The notes: generated by a model not told the origin, from the letters alone. Shown: positions 1 through 11,540, numbered from the whole stretch's first letter. The stretch is 63,340 nucleotides of DNA, filler included, from Nemertoderma westbladi (GCA_032718475.1; 3 parts of 3 records of this genome joined end to end with filler, not necessarily neighbours in it); one strand, 5' to 3'. Program-made: numbers and translations.

Positions 1-1511
1 TCCACAAAATGGGTGAAAGGCTCTGCACTACAGCTGGGTAAAAGCTTCCACAAAATGGTGCAAAGACTGGGTCAAAGCTTCCACAAAATGGGTCAAAGGC
101 TACGCAGCTGGGTCAAAGCTTCCACAAAATGGGTCAAGGTTCCACAGCTGGGTCAAAGCTTCCACAAAATGGGTCAAAGGCTCCACAGCTGGGACAAAGG
201 TTCCACAAAATGGGTCAAAAGCTTCACAGCTGGGTCAAAGCTTCCACAAAATGGGTCAAAGGCTCCACAGCTGGGTCAAAGCTTCCACAAAATGGGTCAA
301 AGCTTCCACAAAATGGGTCAAAGGCTCCACAGCTGGGTCAAAGCTTCCACAAAATGGGTCATAGGCTCCACAGATGGGTCAAAGGTTTCACAAAATGGGT
401 CAAAGGCTCCACAGCTGGGTCAAAGCTTCCACGAAATGGGTCAAAGGCTCCACAGCTGGGTCAAATGTTTCACAAAATGGGTCAAAGGCTTTACAGCTGG
501 GTCAAAGCTTCCATAAAATGGGTCGAAGGCTCCACAGCTGGGTCAAAGCTTCCACAAAATGGGTCAAGGCTCCACAGCTGGGTCAAAGCTTCCACAAAAT
601 GGGTCAAAGGCTTCACAGCTGCGTCAAAGCTTCCACAAAATGGGTGAAAGGCTTCACAGCTGGGTCAAAGCTTCCACAAAATGGGTCAAAAGCTCCACAG
701 CTGGGTCAAAGCTTCCACAAAATGGGTCAAAGGCTCCACAGCTGCGTCAAACCTTCCACAAAATGAGTCAAAGGCTCGACAGCTGGGTCAAAGCTTCCAC
801 AAAATGGGTCAAAGGCTCCACAGATGGGTCAAAGGTTTCACAAAATGGGTCAAAGGCTCCACAACTGGGTCAAAGCTTCCACAAAATGGGTCAAAGGCTT
901 CACAGCTGGGTCAAAGCTTCCACAAAATGGGTCAAAGGCTCCACAACTGGGTCAAAGCTTCCACAAAATTGGTCAAAGGCTCCACAGCTGGGTCAAAGCT
1001 TCCACAAAATGGGTCAAAGGCTCCACAGCTGGGTCAAAGCTTCCACAAAATGGGTCAAAGGCTCCACAGATGGGTCAAAGGTTTCACAAAATGGGTCAAA
1101 GACTCCACAGCTGGGTCAAAGCTTCCACAAAATGGGTCAACGGCTCCACAGATGGGTCAAAGTTTCCACAGAATGGGCCAAAGGCTCCACAGCTGGGTCA
1201 AAGCTTCCACAAAATGGGTCAAAGGCTCCACAGCTGGGTCAAAGCTTCCACAAAATGGGTCAAAGGCTCCACAGCTGGGTCAAAGCTTCCACAAAATGGG
1301 TCAAAGGCTCCACAGATGAGTCAAAGGTTTCACAAAATGGGTCAAAGGCTCCACAGCTGGGTCAAAGCTTCCACAAAATGGGTTAAAGGCTCCACAGCTG
1401 GGTCAAATGTTTCACAAAATGGGTCAAAGGCTCCACAGCTGGGTCAAAGCTTCCATTAAATGGGTCAAAGGCTCCACAGCTGGGTCAAAGCTTCCACAAA
1501 ATGGGTCAAAG
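1..1511. repeat. 41-bp tandem satellite made of two related 20/21-bp subunits (GGCTCCACAGCTGGGTCAAA + GCTTCCACAAAATGGGTCAAA); runs off the left edge
   Basis: Periodicity is directly visible. The overlapping repetitive ORFs (13..1459) are by-products of a stop-poor unit. Confidence 0.97.
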
Positions 1512-2540
1512 ATAAAGATTCCACACACCTACATTTTAGAAATGAATTACGGATGTCAATTCTGAAATTTATATTTATCTTAATATTTTATCTATTCTAA
1601 AGTTTATTGGTCTATATTTTGCCTTTTATATACGAACTACTGTACGTGCTACACACTTTATTCGCAGTTATAATGTCTCTAGTGTATATTGCTGGTAGTA
1701 CAGTAGCAAGTTTCTCACTATTATAATTGCAGTGCAGTCATTAGGTCTGTTATTGTAATCCCTTATCCCTTATTAATAATCAATATTGCATCCATATACT
1801 GTACAACATGTCCTGGAATATACTGTCTTTATTCACGGACCATTGACCTGAATAATGATTTTTCAACGAATCTTAATTAGATTGATTGCATTATATTTGA
1901 AACAGAGATAGATAGTTCCATCTCATTTATTCCCAGTTATTCGTCAAGGATTCCAAATATTTAACACAATATAAATTTCGTCGTAAAGTAACTGAGATAT
2001 GAGCGTTCGAATGTTGTATGGTGGACCTGCCCTAGGCTATTTTAATCTATTAAGTTATCTATTTTAATTATTATTATTTTCTAATAACTATTACTAATTA
2101 TTTTAAATTTTTAAATATTTTGCACGGCCAGTTTTCTAACATTACCAACAAGTCACTATAATGTTGAAAAATAACTGCGGTGTAACTGGCGCATTATCGA
2201 CGGATACACCTTTTTCATAAAGAATGTAACCGAAAATAAAAATTATGGCTCACCCAACAAGGAGGAGGTAGGTGAGTGGTTGAAACTATCTCTGTTTTAA
2301 ATGCCATGCAATCTCATTAAGATTTGCAGAAATATTTAAGGGAGGGGCACCTGAATAACGACACTATTCAAGTAGGCCTACATGGTTTTGGTAAATGTAC
2401 AGTACTAATTTATCTGGGAGACCGGCAACCCATAATACTAATAATAATGGGCATGTTGTTCTACTGTAGGGTATATACACTAGTGCTAATGCCAGGAATC
2501 ATCAAATCTGGCTCTGCCCATTAAAATGAAGCAAATAGTT

Positions 2541-2710
2541 ACTGTGTGGAACCTTTGACATGTCTAAAAGATTGTTAAAATAATGTGTGGAAGCTTTAAC
2601 CTTGTGGAACCTTTGGCACTACTGTTGAACCTTATATCATGTGGAACCTTTAACCCTGGGGAAACTTTAACCCTGCGGAACCTTTGGCACTACTGTTGAA
2701 CCTTTTACCT
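2541..2710 (-). repeat. Degenerate inverted copies of the satellite subunit (TGTGGAACCTTT[A/G]ACC); probable opposite end of a repeat-terminated MITE
   Basis: The reverse complement of GGTCAAAGGTTCCACA recurs several times. Confidence 0.6.
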
Positions 2711-3742
2711 ATAATATTCATAGGCCTATATCATTATTATTAATACTGTACTGTAGTAAACCAGTCCGCTGTACACTAGAGGTTTTGCCTATGGAGGTAC
2801 TAATCGTGAACGGAAACTGAACCACCTATAGTTGACCGTCAGTAGGCCTACCGGTACTGGGGTCTTCACCATACCAACAGTACCACAATACCCGGTACTA
2901 ATGGAGGCCTTGACCCTACCTGTACAGTGCAGTATCTATCTACGTATGTAGGGGTAGGCTACTTTGTAGGCAGTACATGCAGTGCATTTATTATTAATTA
3001 GTGGCAGTTTGGTTTACATAACACCCCAGAAAATAAATATCCGAAAAATAACTTGTAATAACAACTGAGAAAATACCGTACTGTAACTAAAACAACAACT
3101 ATTATAAAGGAAACATTAGACAGCTTATGGTTTATATCCGTATATCTAACATAACGTTAGTATTTGTTACTTATTTACTTAGTAATTCTAAGGCGAACTC
3201 AATTTAGTGTAGTTATACTACACCGTTGGGGCTGGTTAATAACAATAACAGTATTAGGCCTACAGTAATTAGATAGTCACTATCAACAGGTATAATATGG
3301 CCTTCAAACAACGCATCCTCGAGAGAACTTTGGTATCTGCCATTATTGGTCATCCATGTGTTTACCTGGAGTGATCAGGTGATCCTAATTACCTCAGCGC
3401 AGTGTACATTATTGGTTTGATGCTTATAGTAGCGACATCCGGTACCCAGATATACGTGTTTTTATAATGTATGTCTACTTACTGGTCAACGTTTGTAGGG
3501 CCTTATCGCCCCTTGCACCTTTACCGACCCCGTGGACCTTATCGCCCCTTGGGTACATATCGCCCCCAGGTCTTTATCGCCCATGGTACCTTATCGCCCC
3601 TATGACAAATATTTATTTTGAATGGGAGAAACGTTTAGGCTTAATAAGCCAAGGAATGCCTGTTCACCACCATGAGTGATCTTCCACAGTAAACCCTTCC
3701 TATGGTTCCCATTTATCGACCATAAAGGGTTTTTAAAGCCCC

Positions 3743-4286
3743 TGTACAGACTGAGATAACTCCCCACCAAATATGACTCCCCAGGCTTCTCAGCCTAGGC
3801 TGAGAACACTCCCCAGTTTTCTCCCTATTTTTATTAATTAACGGAAAGTAACAGGTTACAGTGGCGGGCTTTTCTAACCAAAACAATAAACGATAACTCA
3901 ATAACATACAGTGGGTTACAGTTTTTTTTTGCAATATACGAAAATAACACAGGTACGGATATGAATTATAACTCAATTAGGGGAGTCATCTCAGCCTAAG
4001 GGGAGTCATCTCATCCTAAGGGTGTGTTCTCAGCCTAGGCTGAAATAAATGGGGGGTGTTCTCAGCCTAGACGGAGATAACTGGGGAGTGTTCTCAGCCT
4101 AAGGGGTGTTATCTCAGCCTAAGGGGAGTGTTCTCAGCCTAGGCTGAAATAAATGGGGAATGTTCTCAGCCTAGGCTGAGATAACTGGGGAGTGTTCTCA
4201 GCCTAGGCTGAGATAACTGGGGAGTGTTCTTAGCCTAAGCTGAGATGACTGGGGAGTCATTTCAAGAGGGATCTCAGCCTTGTACA
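3743..4286. mobile_element. MITE with TGTACA(A/G)GCTGAGAT termini and CTCAGCCTAGGCTGAG subterminal repeats (further partial copies at ~4402-4490 and 4674-5270)
   Basis: TGTACAGACTGAGATAACTCCCC at the left end and ATCTCAGCCTTGTACA at the right end; palindromic internal units. Confidence 0.7.
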
Positions 4287-5220
4287 CCCCTCGCCCAAAC
4301 AGTACTGCGACGGAATGAAAGCCCAGATTGTTACCACTAGACCAAGAGGCTGCTTATGCTTAGTCTATGAATTTAATATGAATATTTATAATTGTGGCCA
4401 CTGTACAAGGCTGAGATAACTCCCACTTGAAATGACTCCCCAGTCATCTCAGGCTAAGCTGAGAACACTCCCCTGTTATCTCAGGCTAAGCATGGTGGAC
4501 AGCCCATGACTTTCTTGAGACGCATCTTAAAGGACACTGGCCTTAAAGATGCGGATGATCTAGCAAATGTCATGGGTGATAGGGAGTTGTGGCGGTGCAA
4601 TTTTGTTGACAAGCCGGCACAGCATTCTTAAAAATGCAGCTGCAATGCAGCATGCCGATCCTAGTAGTAGTAGTAACACAGGTACGGATATGAATTATAA
4701 CTCAATTAGGGGAGTCATCTCAGCCTAAGGGGAGTCATCTCATCCTAAGGGTGTGTTCTCAGCCTAGGCTGAAATAAATGGGGGGTGTTCTCAGCCTAGA
4801 CGGAGATAACTGGGGAGTGTTCTCAGCCTAAGGGGTGTTATCTCAGCCTAAGGGGAGTGTTCTCAGCCTAGGCTGAAATAAATGGGGAATGTTCTCAGCC
4901 TAGGCTGAGATAACTGGGGAGTGTTCTCAGCCTAGGCTGAGATAACTGGGGAGTGTTCTTAGCCTAAGCTGAGATGACTGGGGAGTCATTTCAAGAGGGA
5001 TCTCAGCCTTGTACACCCCTCGCCCAAACAGTACTGCGACGGAATGAAAGCCCAGATTGTTACCACTAGACCAAGAGGCTGCTTATGCTTAGTCTATGAA
5101 TTTAATATGAATATTTATAATTGTGGCCACTGTACAAGGCTGAGATAACTCCCACTTGAAATGACTCCCCAGTCATCTCAGGCTAAGCTGAGAACACTCC
5201 CCTGTTATCTCAGGCTAAGC
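3945..5220. repeat. 547-bp direct duplication (3945-4491 = 4674-5220) flanking a LINE 3' fragment; probable very long target-site duplication
   Basis: Both copies begin TAACACAGGTACGG and end CTCAGGCTAAGC, at a constant 729-nt offset. Confidence 0.9.
4487..4675 (+). mobile_element. 5'-truncated RTE-like LINE 3' end with (TAG)n tail
   Basis: Encodes HGGQPMTFLRRILKDTGLKDADDLANVMGDRELW...PAQHS*, nearly identical to the LINE C-terminus at 60461-60610(-). The 3' UTR has a GCTGCAATGCAGC inverted repeat followed by TAGTAGTAGTAG. Confidence 0.9.
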
Positions 5221-6601
5221 TGAGAACACTCCCCTGTTATCTCAGGCTAAGCTGAGAACACTCCCCACCAATAATTAAACTGCATAAGAATAACGGCGAT
5301 AAAGACCCTGGGGCGATAAATTCCTAAAAACTCAGAACAGAAGGGCGATAAGTTCCGAACTAAAATGCAATTTATAGGGGCGATAAAGTTCCAGGGGCGA
5401 TAAGGTCCTGCTTCGAAAAAAAATTTTGGTTTTCACTTTTCAATTTTATTGGAATTTTATATATGAAGAATTTTTATTTATTTTTAATTCCTTCTTATTA
5501 AGTTGCCTTATTAAGGCATAAGGGGTAAGCTGCAAACTGAATTATAACAGCAGAAAATGTGGTACAGTATATTTCGCTACTTAGCATGGGCCGGGTGTCC
5601 CACGCCCTACCGAAGAACAACGGCTGGCACTCCCTGAATCCCAGGGGCACAGGGAGGTCAACAGTTTCAATGCCACCACCCCGGTACGTCAACATATAAT
5701 TCATGGCACAACAAAAAATATTACGTGATGATAAATGACATTCAGTATACTTCCTTGTTTGTAATACTTTTTATAAAGGTGAAACTTTACGTGTACTAGT
5801 CCTTACGCAGGGTCTTTGTGACAAAGCCGAACTTTCTGTAATTCTGAAGTTAGCCGCTGCGCTAGAGTGCGAAATATCTGAAAGTGGGAGAAAATCATAA
5901 TCCTTTCCGTTATAAACGGCAAGGTAAAGGAACAGGTTACATTGGCAAGTTATTCTAACCAAAACAATAAACGATGGTCAAGAGCACAGGTTCCAATTTA
6001 ATTTGTGTTCGTAATAACATCTGTCGGTTGTCTGCTGCCGGTTGTCGGCGTAGCGTTTTTACCCGAAATAGTAGACGGTTTTCACTTTCGATATTTATCC
6101 AACATGCGCCGCTTTCTGTGTACGAATTACAACCTATTAGGGTGTAGTGGTTGAAAAAAGGGACTGCGGGGTAGTTTTCGTTTCCGCACGAAAGCTTTAA
6201 AGGGATTACCCAGGGTCCATCTGCGCCTTGCATACGTAAATGGTAGAACTGAATGAGTAGCCTACTACAGTAGTTTCCACTGAGATTGTGGAGTACCGGT
6301 ATAATTCTGGGGGGACCGCACTGGAAATACGTTGTCAGTCTTTGTGGGTAATCCATGGCGTAACGGCTGAAGAAAATCTCACTTTTCATTAATAAACAAC
6401 AATAAATGTATGTCATTTAATCCTGTTGTAATTTTTAACCAAAACAATAAACACGATATCATTAAAGAATAAGGGAGAGCAGCAGTTTACTGAGGGTGTT
6501 TCTTTTTTTTTCTACTTTGGGTTTTCTTTTGTTCTTTTGTGAGTTAAGTAACACCCTCAGTTATTGACTGTTGTCCAGGGGTTTCATTTGCAAATATTTT
6601 A

Positions 6602-7210
6602 TGTTAGCGGATCCAATCCGCTGCACCACCCCGCAGAGAATGGGGAAAGTCGTGATTTACGAATCACGATTGGATACGCAATATTGCATACTAGAGGGAA
6701 CAAGGCAATATACATTGCCAACCAGAGAGAGAGAGATGCCGGCACATATCAGGGGGAAGCCAACACAGGACCAGGAAAGACAGGGAATGGCTAAGGGAGG
6801 TAAACCAACCAATAGCGGAATGGCACACCATCAATTAGCGCGCATTTACTGGTAGGCCAATACAGTAAGCAATGTGTGTAACCTCCAATGTAATATCCAT
6901 ATAACTGTTAGTCAGTGTTAATTATGATTCAGTTGGCTACTAGTCGTGGTAGAAGTTATACGGTTTAAACCGTCGTCGTTACTGCTATTTATGTGCAATA
7001 CTGATTGTGTTATCATTACCGGTACCCATATTTCTGAGATTATTAACAACAATAATTGGGTTTACCCTAAGACTCAGAACCTTATTGTACCGGCCTTCGG
7101 CCTTTCAGCCCCCAAGCTTTAGTGACAACCACATCAGCTGACGTGGCGACGCGTATTGACCACGAATCACACACCGGTCGGGATCCCTCGCCAACTCGGA
7201 TCCCGTCACA
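6602..7210. mobile_element. Solo LTR (609 bp) with 5-bp TSD TTTTA
   Basis: Starts TGTTAGCGGATCC and ends GGATCCCGTCACA (imperfect inverted ends, TG...CA). TTTTA lies at 6597-6601 and 7211-7215. Confidence 0.8.
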
Positions 7211-7243
7211 TTTTATAATTTCTAACGAATTGAATTTTTTCAG

Positions 7244-7430
7244 CGGAGTTCCATAAGAACTTGTCGGTGGCGTTGTTGGAAGAAGTTATGAAACCAATGA
7301 AAACGTTGACAGATAGTCAGGTGCGAGTCCGAAGACCTATTGAGCACAATGTTAACAGAAGCTGGACGAATCTATCAGAAAAGAGAGCGGAAATGGTTAG
7401 AGCAAAGAAAAATGCATCAGCGAGGGCCAG
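7244..7430 (+). CDS. NOSTRIN: NOSTRIN-like F-BAR protein, internal exon A (EFHKNLSVALLEEVMKPMKTL...KKNASARAR)
   Basis: ttttttcag acceptor and gtgaat donor, open frame. Resembles the NOSTRIN F-BAR helix; phase-2 end fits the next exon. Confidence 0.85.
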
Positions 7431-7605
7431 GTGAATATTAATTAAATTACCTATTTATATTTTATACAATCCGAACAATTATTACTTAAATACTGAAGTA
7501 AAATAAAATAGGAGCGAAACTAACATTTTGCATTTCCATTTAGTAATTTACTCTTTAATTGTCGTAAATGATTTTTGTTAGCTTATGCATGTTATTTATG
7601 TTTAG

Positions 7606-7751
7606 AGAACGAGAATTTGCTAATGATCAAGTGTTCGATGCACAAAGAAACGAGAAAGATAAAGATATAGTTAAACTGAAACCAAAACTGGAGAGGGCTG
7701 AGGAAGCTGCGTCTAAAGCTGACCAAGAATATTACAGTCTGGCCATTACAA
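7606..7751 (+). CDS. NOSTRIN: NOSTRIN-like exon B (EREFANDQ...EEAASKADQEYYSLAIT)
   Basis: tttag/gttagt boundaries, phase-compatible; F-BAR KADxEYY motif. Confidence 0.85.
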
Positions 7752-7752
7752 G

Positions 7753-7884
7753 TTAGTACTATGGATATTGTTCGGAAAATGTGAAAAATTAAGCACGTCA
7801 CCTACCGCGGGTTGAACCTGCGCTATACGAGCGTTCCCGGCCTCAGCGCTAACCAGTTCAGACACTTTAACCCTGACACTTACT
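7753..7884 (-). mobile_element. Decayed copy of the tRNA-like/hammerhead element, with ribozyme core deleted
   Basis: The reverse complement GTGTCTGAACTGGTTAGCGCTGAGGCCGGGAACGCTCGTATAGCGCAGGTTCAACCC...GTGACGTGCTT aligns with 11405-11540 but lacks most of CTGATGA and one arm of stem II. Confidence 0.75.
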
Positions 7885-8031
7885 GAATATTTAATTAAAA
7901 TTTGTACCCCCCCCCCCCCCCCCCCCCCCCTGTTTCACAGTAACACATTTATTAAGGTCGTTAGGTTCGCTGTTAGAGATAGGATATGCATCTATGTCCA
8001 TCGCGCAGTCTAGTCTACTATATTTTAATTC

Positions 8032-8780
8032 TATATAAAAAATAAACAGGTAAAACCTCGTGTCTTTCACCCCGCAAACTAACAAAAACATAGAATCAGG
8101 ACATTAACGCCCAAAATAGTTCTCAGCCACTAGGGCCATCAAAAACCGCAAACAATACAAACAAAAACAACATAAACAAAAAAACAGCAAACAAAGTTTG
8201 ACAAACAGAGTTTGGTGCGATTATAGTAGGTCATTGGTGCGATTATAGTAGGTCATTGGTGCGATTTTAGTAGGTCATTGGTGCGATTATAGTAGGTCAT
8301 TGGTGCAATAAAGATAGGCTTTGGGTAATCCTTTGTCCAGCTGACAAGGTGTCTAGATTACCGCGTACTGGGTCTCAGACCCCGAAACGCAACCATATAT
8401 TTGATAAAATTAATTATTTTTGCCTTAGTTATATCCCTTTGCGGCGACAAAATGTCATATATTTTCTTCTAGAATATAGGCTTAGCCTTTGTGCAGTATA
8501 CTACCGGTATCATTTAGTGTATGGTGGTTAGGCTTAGGGTTAGGGTGCGATGCATACCTGTATGTTGAGCAGCTTTAATATATTTGTGTTATTTGTTTAT
8601 ATTGTAGTTTGTTTGTATTGTTTGCTGTTTTTTTGTTTATATTGTTGTTTGTTTGTATTGTTTGCGGTATTTTGATGGCCCTAGTGGCTGAGTACTACTT
8701 TGGGCGTTAATGTCCTGATTCTATGTTTTTTGTTAGTTTGCGGGGTGAAAGACCTCGAGTACCTGTTCATTTTTTATATG
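8032..8780. mobile_element. MITE with ~170-bp inverted arms, four internal 22-bp tandem repeats (TTGGTGCGATTATAGTAGGTCA, 8212-8307) and a short TTAGGG-like tract
   Basis: TCTTTCACCCCGCAAACTAACAAAAA...GGGCCATC is mirrored by GATGGCCC...TTAGTTTGCGGGGTGAAAGA. Confidence 0.85.
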
Positions 8781-9020
8781 TATATACAATTTTATATATA
8801 TTTGTTCTGGAACATATCCCAAAATTCTGGAGAAAAATAGCTTTTTATTCTGGTTGCTATGCCAAAAATTCCCATAAATCTATATTGCCATTGGATTTCC
8901 CAAAGTTTTGATATCTTTGGTTTGTGAAACAACCCAATAGGTATGGGTCCCCAATTAATTATACCATGATACGGCAACCAACTGCAGTAGGCCTACCACT
9001 TGTGTTGCCAGGCTACTAAC

Positions 9021-9247
9021 GGGTGAGTATAAAACAAAGACCAAAGACCCAATTAAGTAACCTGTATAATCTTGTAACTTTGTTAACTTTCGTTTATTGT
9101 TTTGGTTCCCCCAACACGCCCCTGTACTGCTCCTTTACTAACCTGCTCCTTTAAATGGCTATGTGACCTAACGCTCTTTGGGATCTAACGCGACTTTACC
9201 TCTTTGTATTGTACAGTGGGTCTTGTGTCTTTGTTTTGTACTCACCC
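9021..9247. mobile_element. Short MITE
   Basis: Terminal inverted repeats GGGTGAGTATAAAACAAAGAC and GTCTTTGTTTTGTACTCACCC. Confidence 0.8.
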
Positions 9248-10528
9248 TGCTACTGAAACCAGATAATGTTTGCACAGCAACAAATTTCAGTTACTCAGTT
9301 AAAAACAATGTCATCTATTTTCATAAATGGCCAGGTTGGTTAATTCTAAGCGGTTCGTTGTATGTGGGCGTGGGGGATTGAACCTATGTATGTTTATTAT
9401 ATGCATGTCTGATGTTCTGTATTAAATAATCTTCCAAATTTCATTTATGTCATTTATTACCGATGTAATTGATTGTTTATTTGAGACAAACGAACGCTTA
9501 TAAGACATCATATTGGCTTGTTGTCCATTGTTGCTCTTATTATTATTCAAAAAAATCTTTGATCAGCTGTTTTGCTCCTGTTGCCATGACAACCAGTGAC
9601 TTCAAAGTGACCAACCATCTAATAGCAAAATTATTATATACTGGGGGTAGGAGTTGAACTTCTAACCTCCAAGTTGACAACATAGATAGATTTCATTTTT
9701 TTATTTGTTTTTAAGATTAGATGAATTAAATTTCGAGTTGATCTGTTGCTATGTGAAACAGAGATTATTCTCGGATATACCAAAATTCTGTGCAATTTTC
9801 ATGAGGTTATATGGTGTCTTTTTGGCTGCACTCTAGATCGCCCCAATTTTGTGGGGTTTTTTTGGGTACCACTCCCCCTATACCAGATTTAACCACTGAC
9901 AGTAAGTACCTTGTTGTTGGCTGTGGGCCTTACTTTATGATCTAAGAAATATTAGAATAAGATAAGGTCATTCATGACAAGTTACAGTACTAATGATACT
10001 GTAATGTGATATAATACATGACAGTAATAGGCCTACTTATATGGAATTGTTATTACAAGTTATTATATTGAATAAGGTTATTATATTGTTATAGGTGACT
10101 AAATAGTACTAGAATAAGGGAAAAATAATAGAACAAGTTAGTTAATAATACTAGAATAAGGGAAAAATAATAGAACAAGTTAGTAAATAATATATATTAC
10201 CATACAGTATATGATTATTACTTAGTAATTGAGCTAGTATCCTAATGTTGATACTATAACTACACGAAGTTGTATGTAGTGTATAGAAGACATTTAACTG
10301 TGAAATTTCTAAATATGATGCCAGTAACCGTTAGTTTTGTAATTTAGGAAAGTGATTAACACATTATGGTAATTATTTATTTCGCATGTACATTTAATTT
10401 AATCAATTAATTAATTTTAATTAATTTAAACTATAAATAGAGGGGGGGGGGCGGTGCTTTCTACCCGGGTGCAAATTTGCCACACATAATCAGCCACCGT
10501 AATAACCATTTTCTTCTGTTTATTTTAG

Positions 10529-10658
10529 GTGAACGCGCTCGTCAAATGTGGGAAACCGTTCAGCAGAAAGCATTATTACAATTTGAAATGATGGAAAAGG
10601 ACCGTATTCATGTTATAAAGGAATTGTTTGAGAAGTACAATGTTCATTTACTAAGCAA
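10529..10658 (+). CDS. NOSTRIN: NOSTRIN-like exon C (SERARQMWE...EKDRIHVIKELFEKY)
   Basis: ttttag/gtaagt boundaries, phase-compatible; F-BAR WE...E..RI motif. Confidence 0.88.
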
Positions 10659-10896
10659 GTAAGTTTAAAAAGTACAACACTCAGAAAGCAAGAACGCTCA
10701 ATCATTAAGCAAGTTGACATGAATAGGTAACTACTAAAAATAATTGTGTATATATTATTAAAATGAAATTTAAATGCGTTGTAATTACTATTGTTTTCAT
10801 AAAAAAAAATACGTTAGGAAATACAACGAAGTATTTGGAAGTTGAAAATGTTATTGTTATAGTTTTTTTTTTTTATATATTTTTTTTTATTTCCAG

Positions 10897-10997
10897 GGTC
10901 CCTCAAATTGAACAAAATACACAGCAAGTGACGACAACTCTAAATTCAGTAGATGATATTCAAGACATTACTGCAGTATCCGGAGAAAAAGGCACAG
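10897..10997 (+). CDS. NOSTRIN: NOSTRIN-like exon D (VPQIEQ...VDDIQDITAVSGEKGT)
   Basis: ttccag/gtgaga boundaries, phase-compatible; end of F-BAR (VD..QDI). Confidence 0.85.
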
Positions 10998-11409
10998 GTG
11001 AGAGCGCCGAATAATATGATACCAAATGTATTTTATTTCGAGTTTTTCTTCTGGGTAATACTGTAGTAGATTTATTTTGTTCCAGAATAATTTAATAAAT
11101 TGCACAATTTGAAAATAAATCCAACACCAAATTTAGAGTTATTCATAGTCGACAATCAACTAAGCCAAGCTGGTATATTTATTTCAGTTGAATTTGATTT
11201 TTTAGATTAAGTCCTGTACTTGATTTTGATTTATATGATTTATTAATATCACCTGGCAACAATACTCGAGCTGAATATTTATTTATTTGTACTTTCCTCC
11301 TCTTTCACTCTAACATACTTGAGGCCGGTAGGTCCGCTGTTAGAGATAGGATATGTAACGTAACACTGCCTGTTCAATAGAAGTGGATTAGGTGGGAGAG
11401 TGAATGTCA

Positions 11410-11540
11410 GGGGCAAGTGGCTGAACTGGTTAGCGCTACTGATGAGGCCTGATAGGCTGAAACGTACGTATAGCGCTGGTTCAACCCCCGGTGACGTGCT
11501 TTCTCATTTTTTCCATTTCTGAACAAAACTATAATATTAC
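11410..11540 (+). mobile_element. SINE-like element with Pol III A box (TGGCTGAACTGG, 11418-11429) and B box (GGTTCAACCCC, 11478-11488) bracketing a hammerhead ribozyme
   Basis: Both boxes match the tRNA-type internal promoter consensus at plausible spacing; a related copy lies at 7753-7884(-). Confidence 0.65.
11431..11478 (+). ncRNA. Minimal type I hammerhead ribozyme; predicted cleavage after GUA at 11470
   Basis: Stem I TAGCGCTA/TAGCGCTG; CTGATGA at 11439-11445; stem II GGCCT-GAT-AGGCT; GAAA at 11459-11462; short stem III C-GTAC-G with palindromic loop; GTA triplet. Confidence 0.85.

Larger units (their letters stand above)
3497..5409. mobile_element. Outer non-autonomous element with termini built of short TTATCGCCCC repeats, containing nested insertions
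   Basis: CCTTATCGCCCCT repeats at 3497-3601 mirror GGGGCGATAA(G) repeats at ~5295-5409. Confidence 0.6.

Noticed and set aside
13-1459. Six long overlapping ORFs
   Set aside because: Translations of the 41-bp satellite; the same peptides appear in all frames.
3297-3332. Possible first exon MAFKQRILERTL|gtatct
   Set aside because: No recognisable NOSTRIN similarity, and its phase-0 end does not fit exon A (phase 1).
7088-7112. GGCCTTCGGCC hairpin next to TTCAG, hammerhead-like on the minus strand
   Set aside because: Lacks CUGANGA and GAAA in the right arrangement; it lies inside the solo LTR.
8527-8546. TTAGGG-like tract as an interstitial telomere
   Set aside because: Only ~3 imperfect units, internal to a MITE.
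11410-11490. Functional tRNA gene
   Set aside because: No acceptor stem or 7-nt anticodon loop; the centre is a hammerhead.
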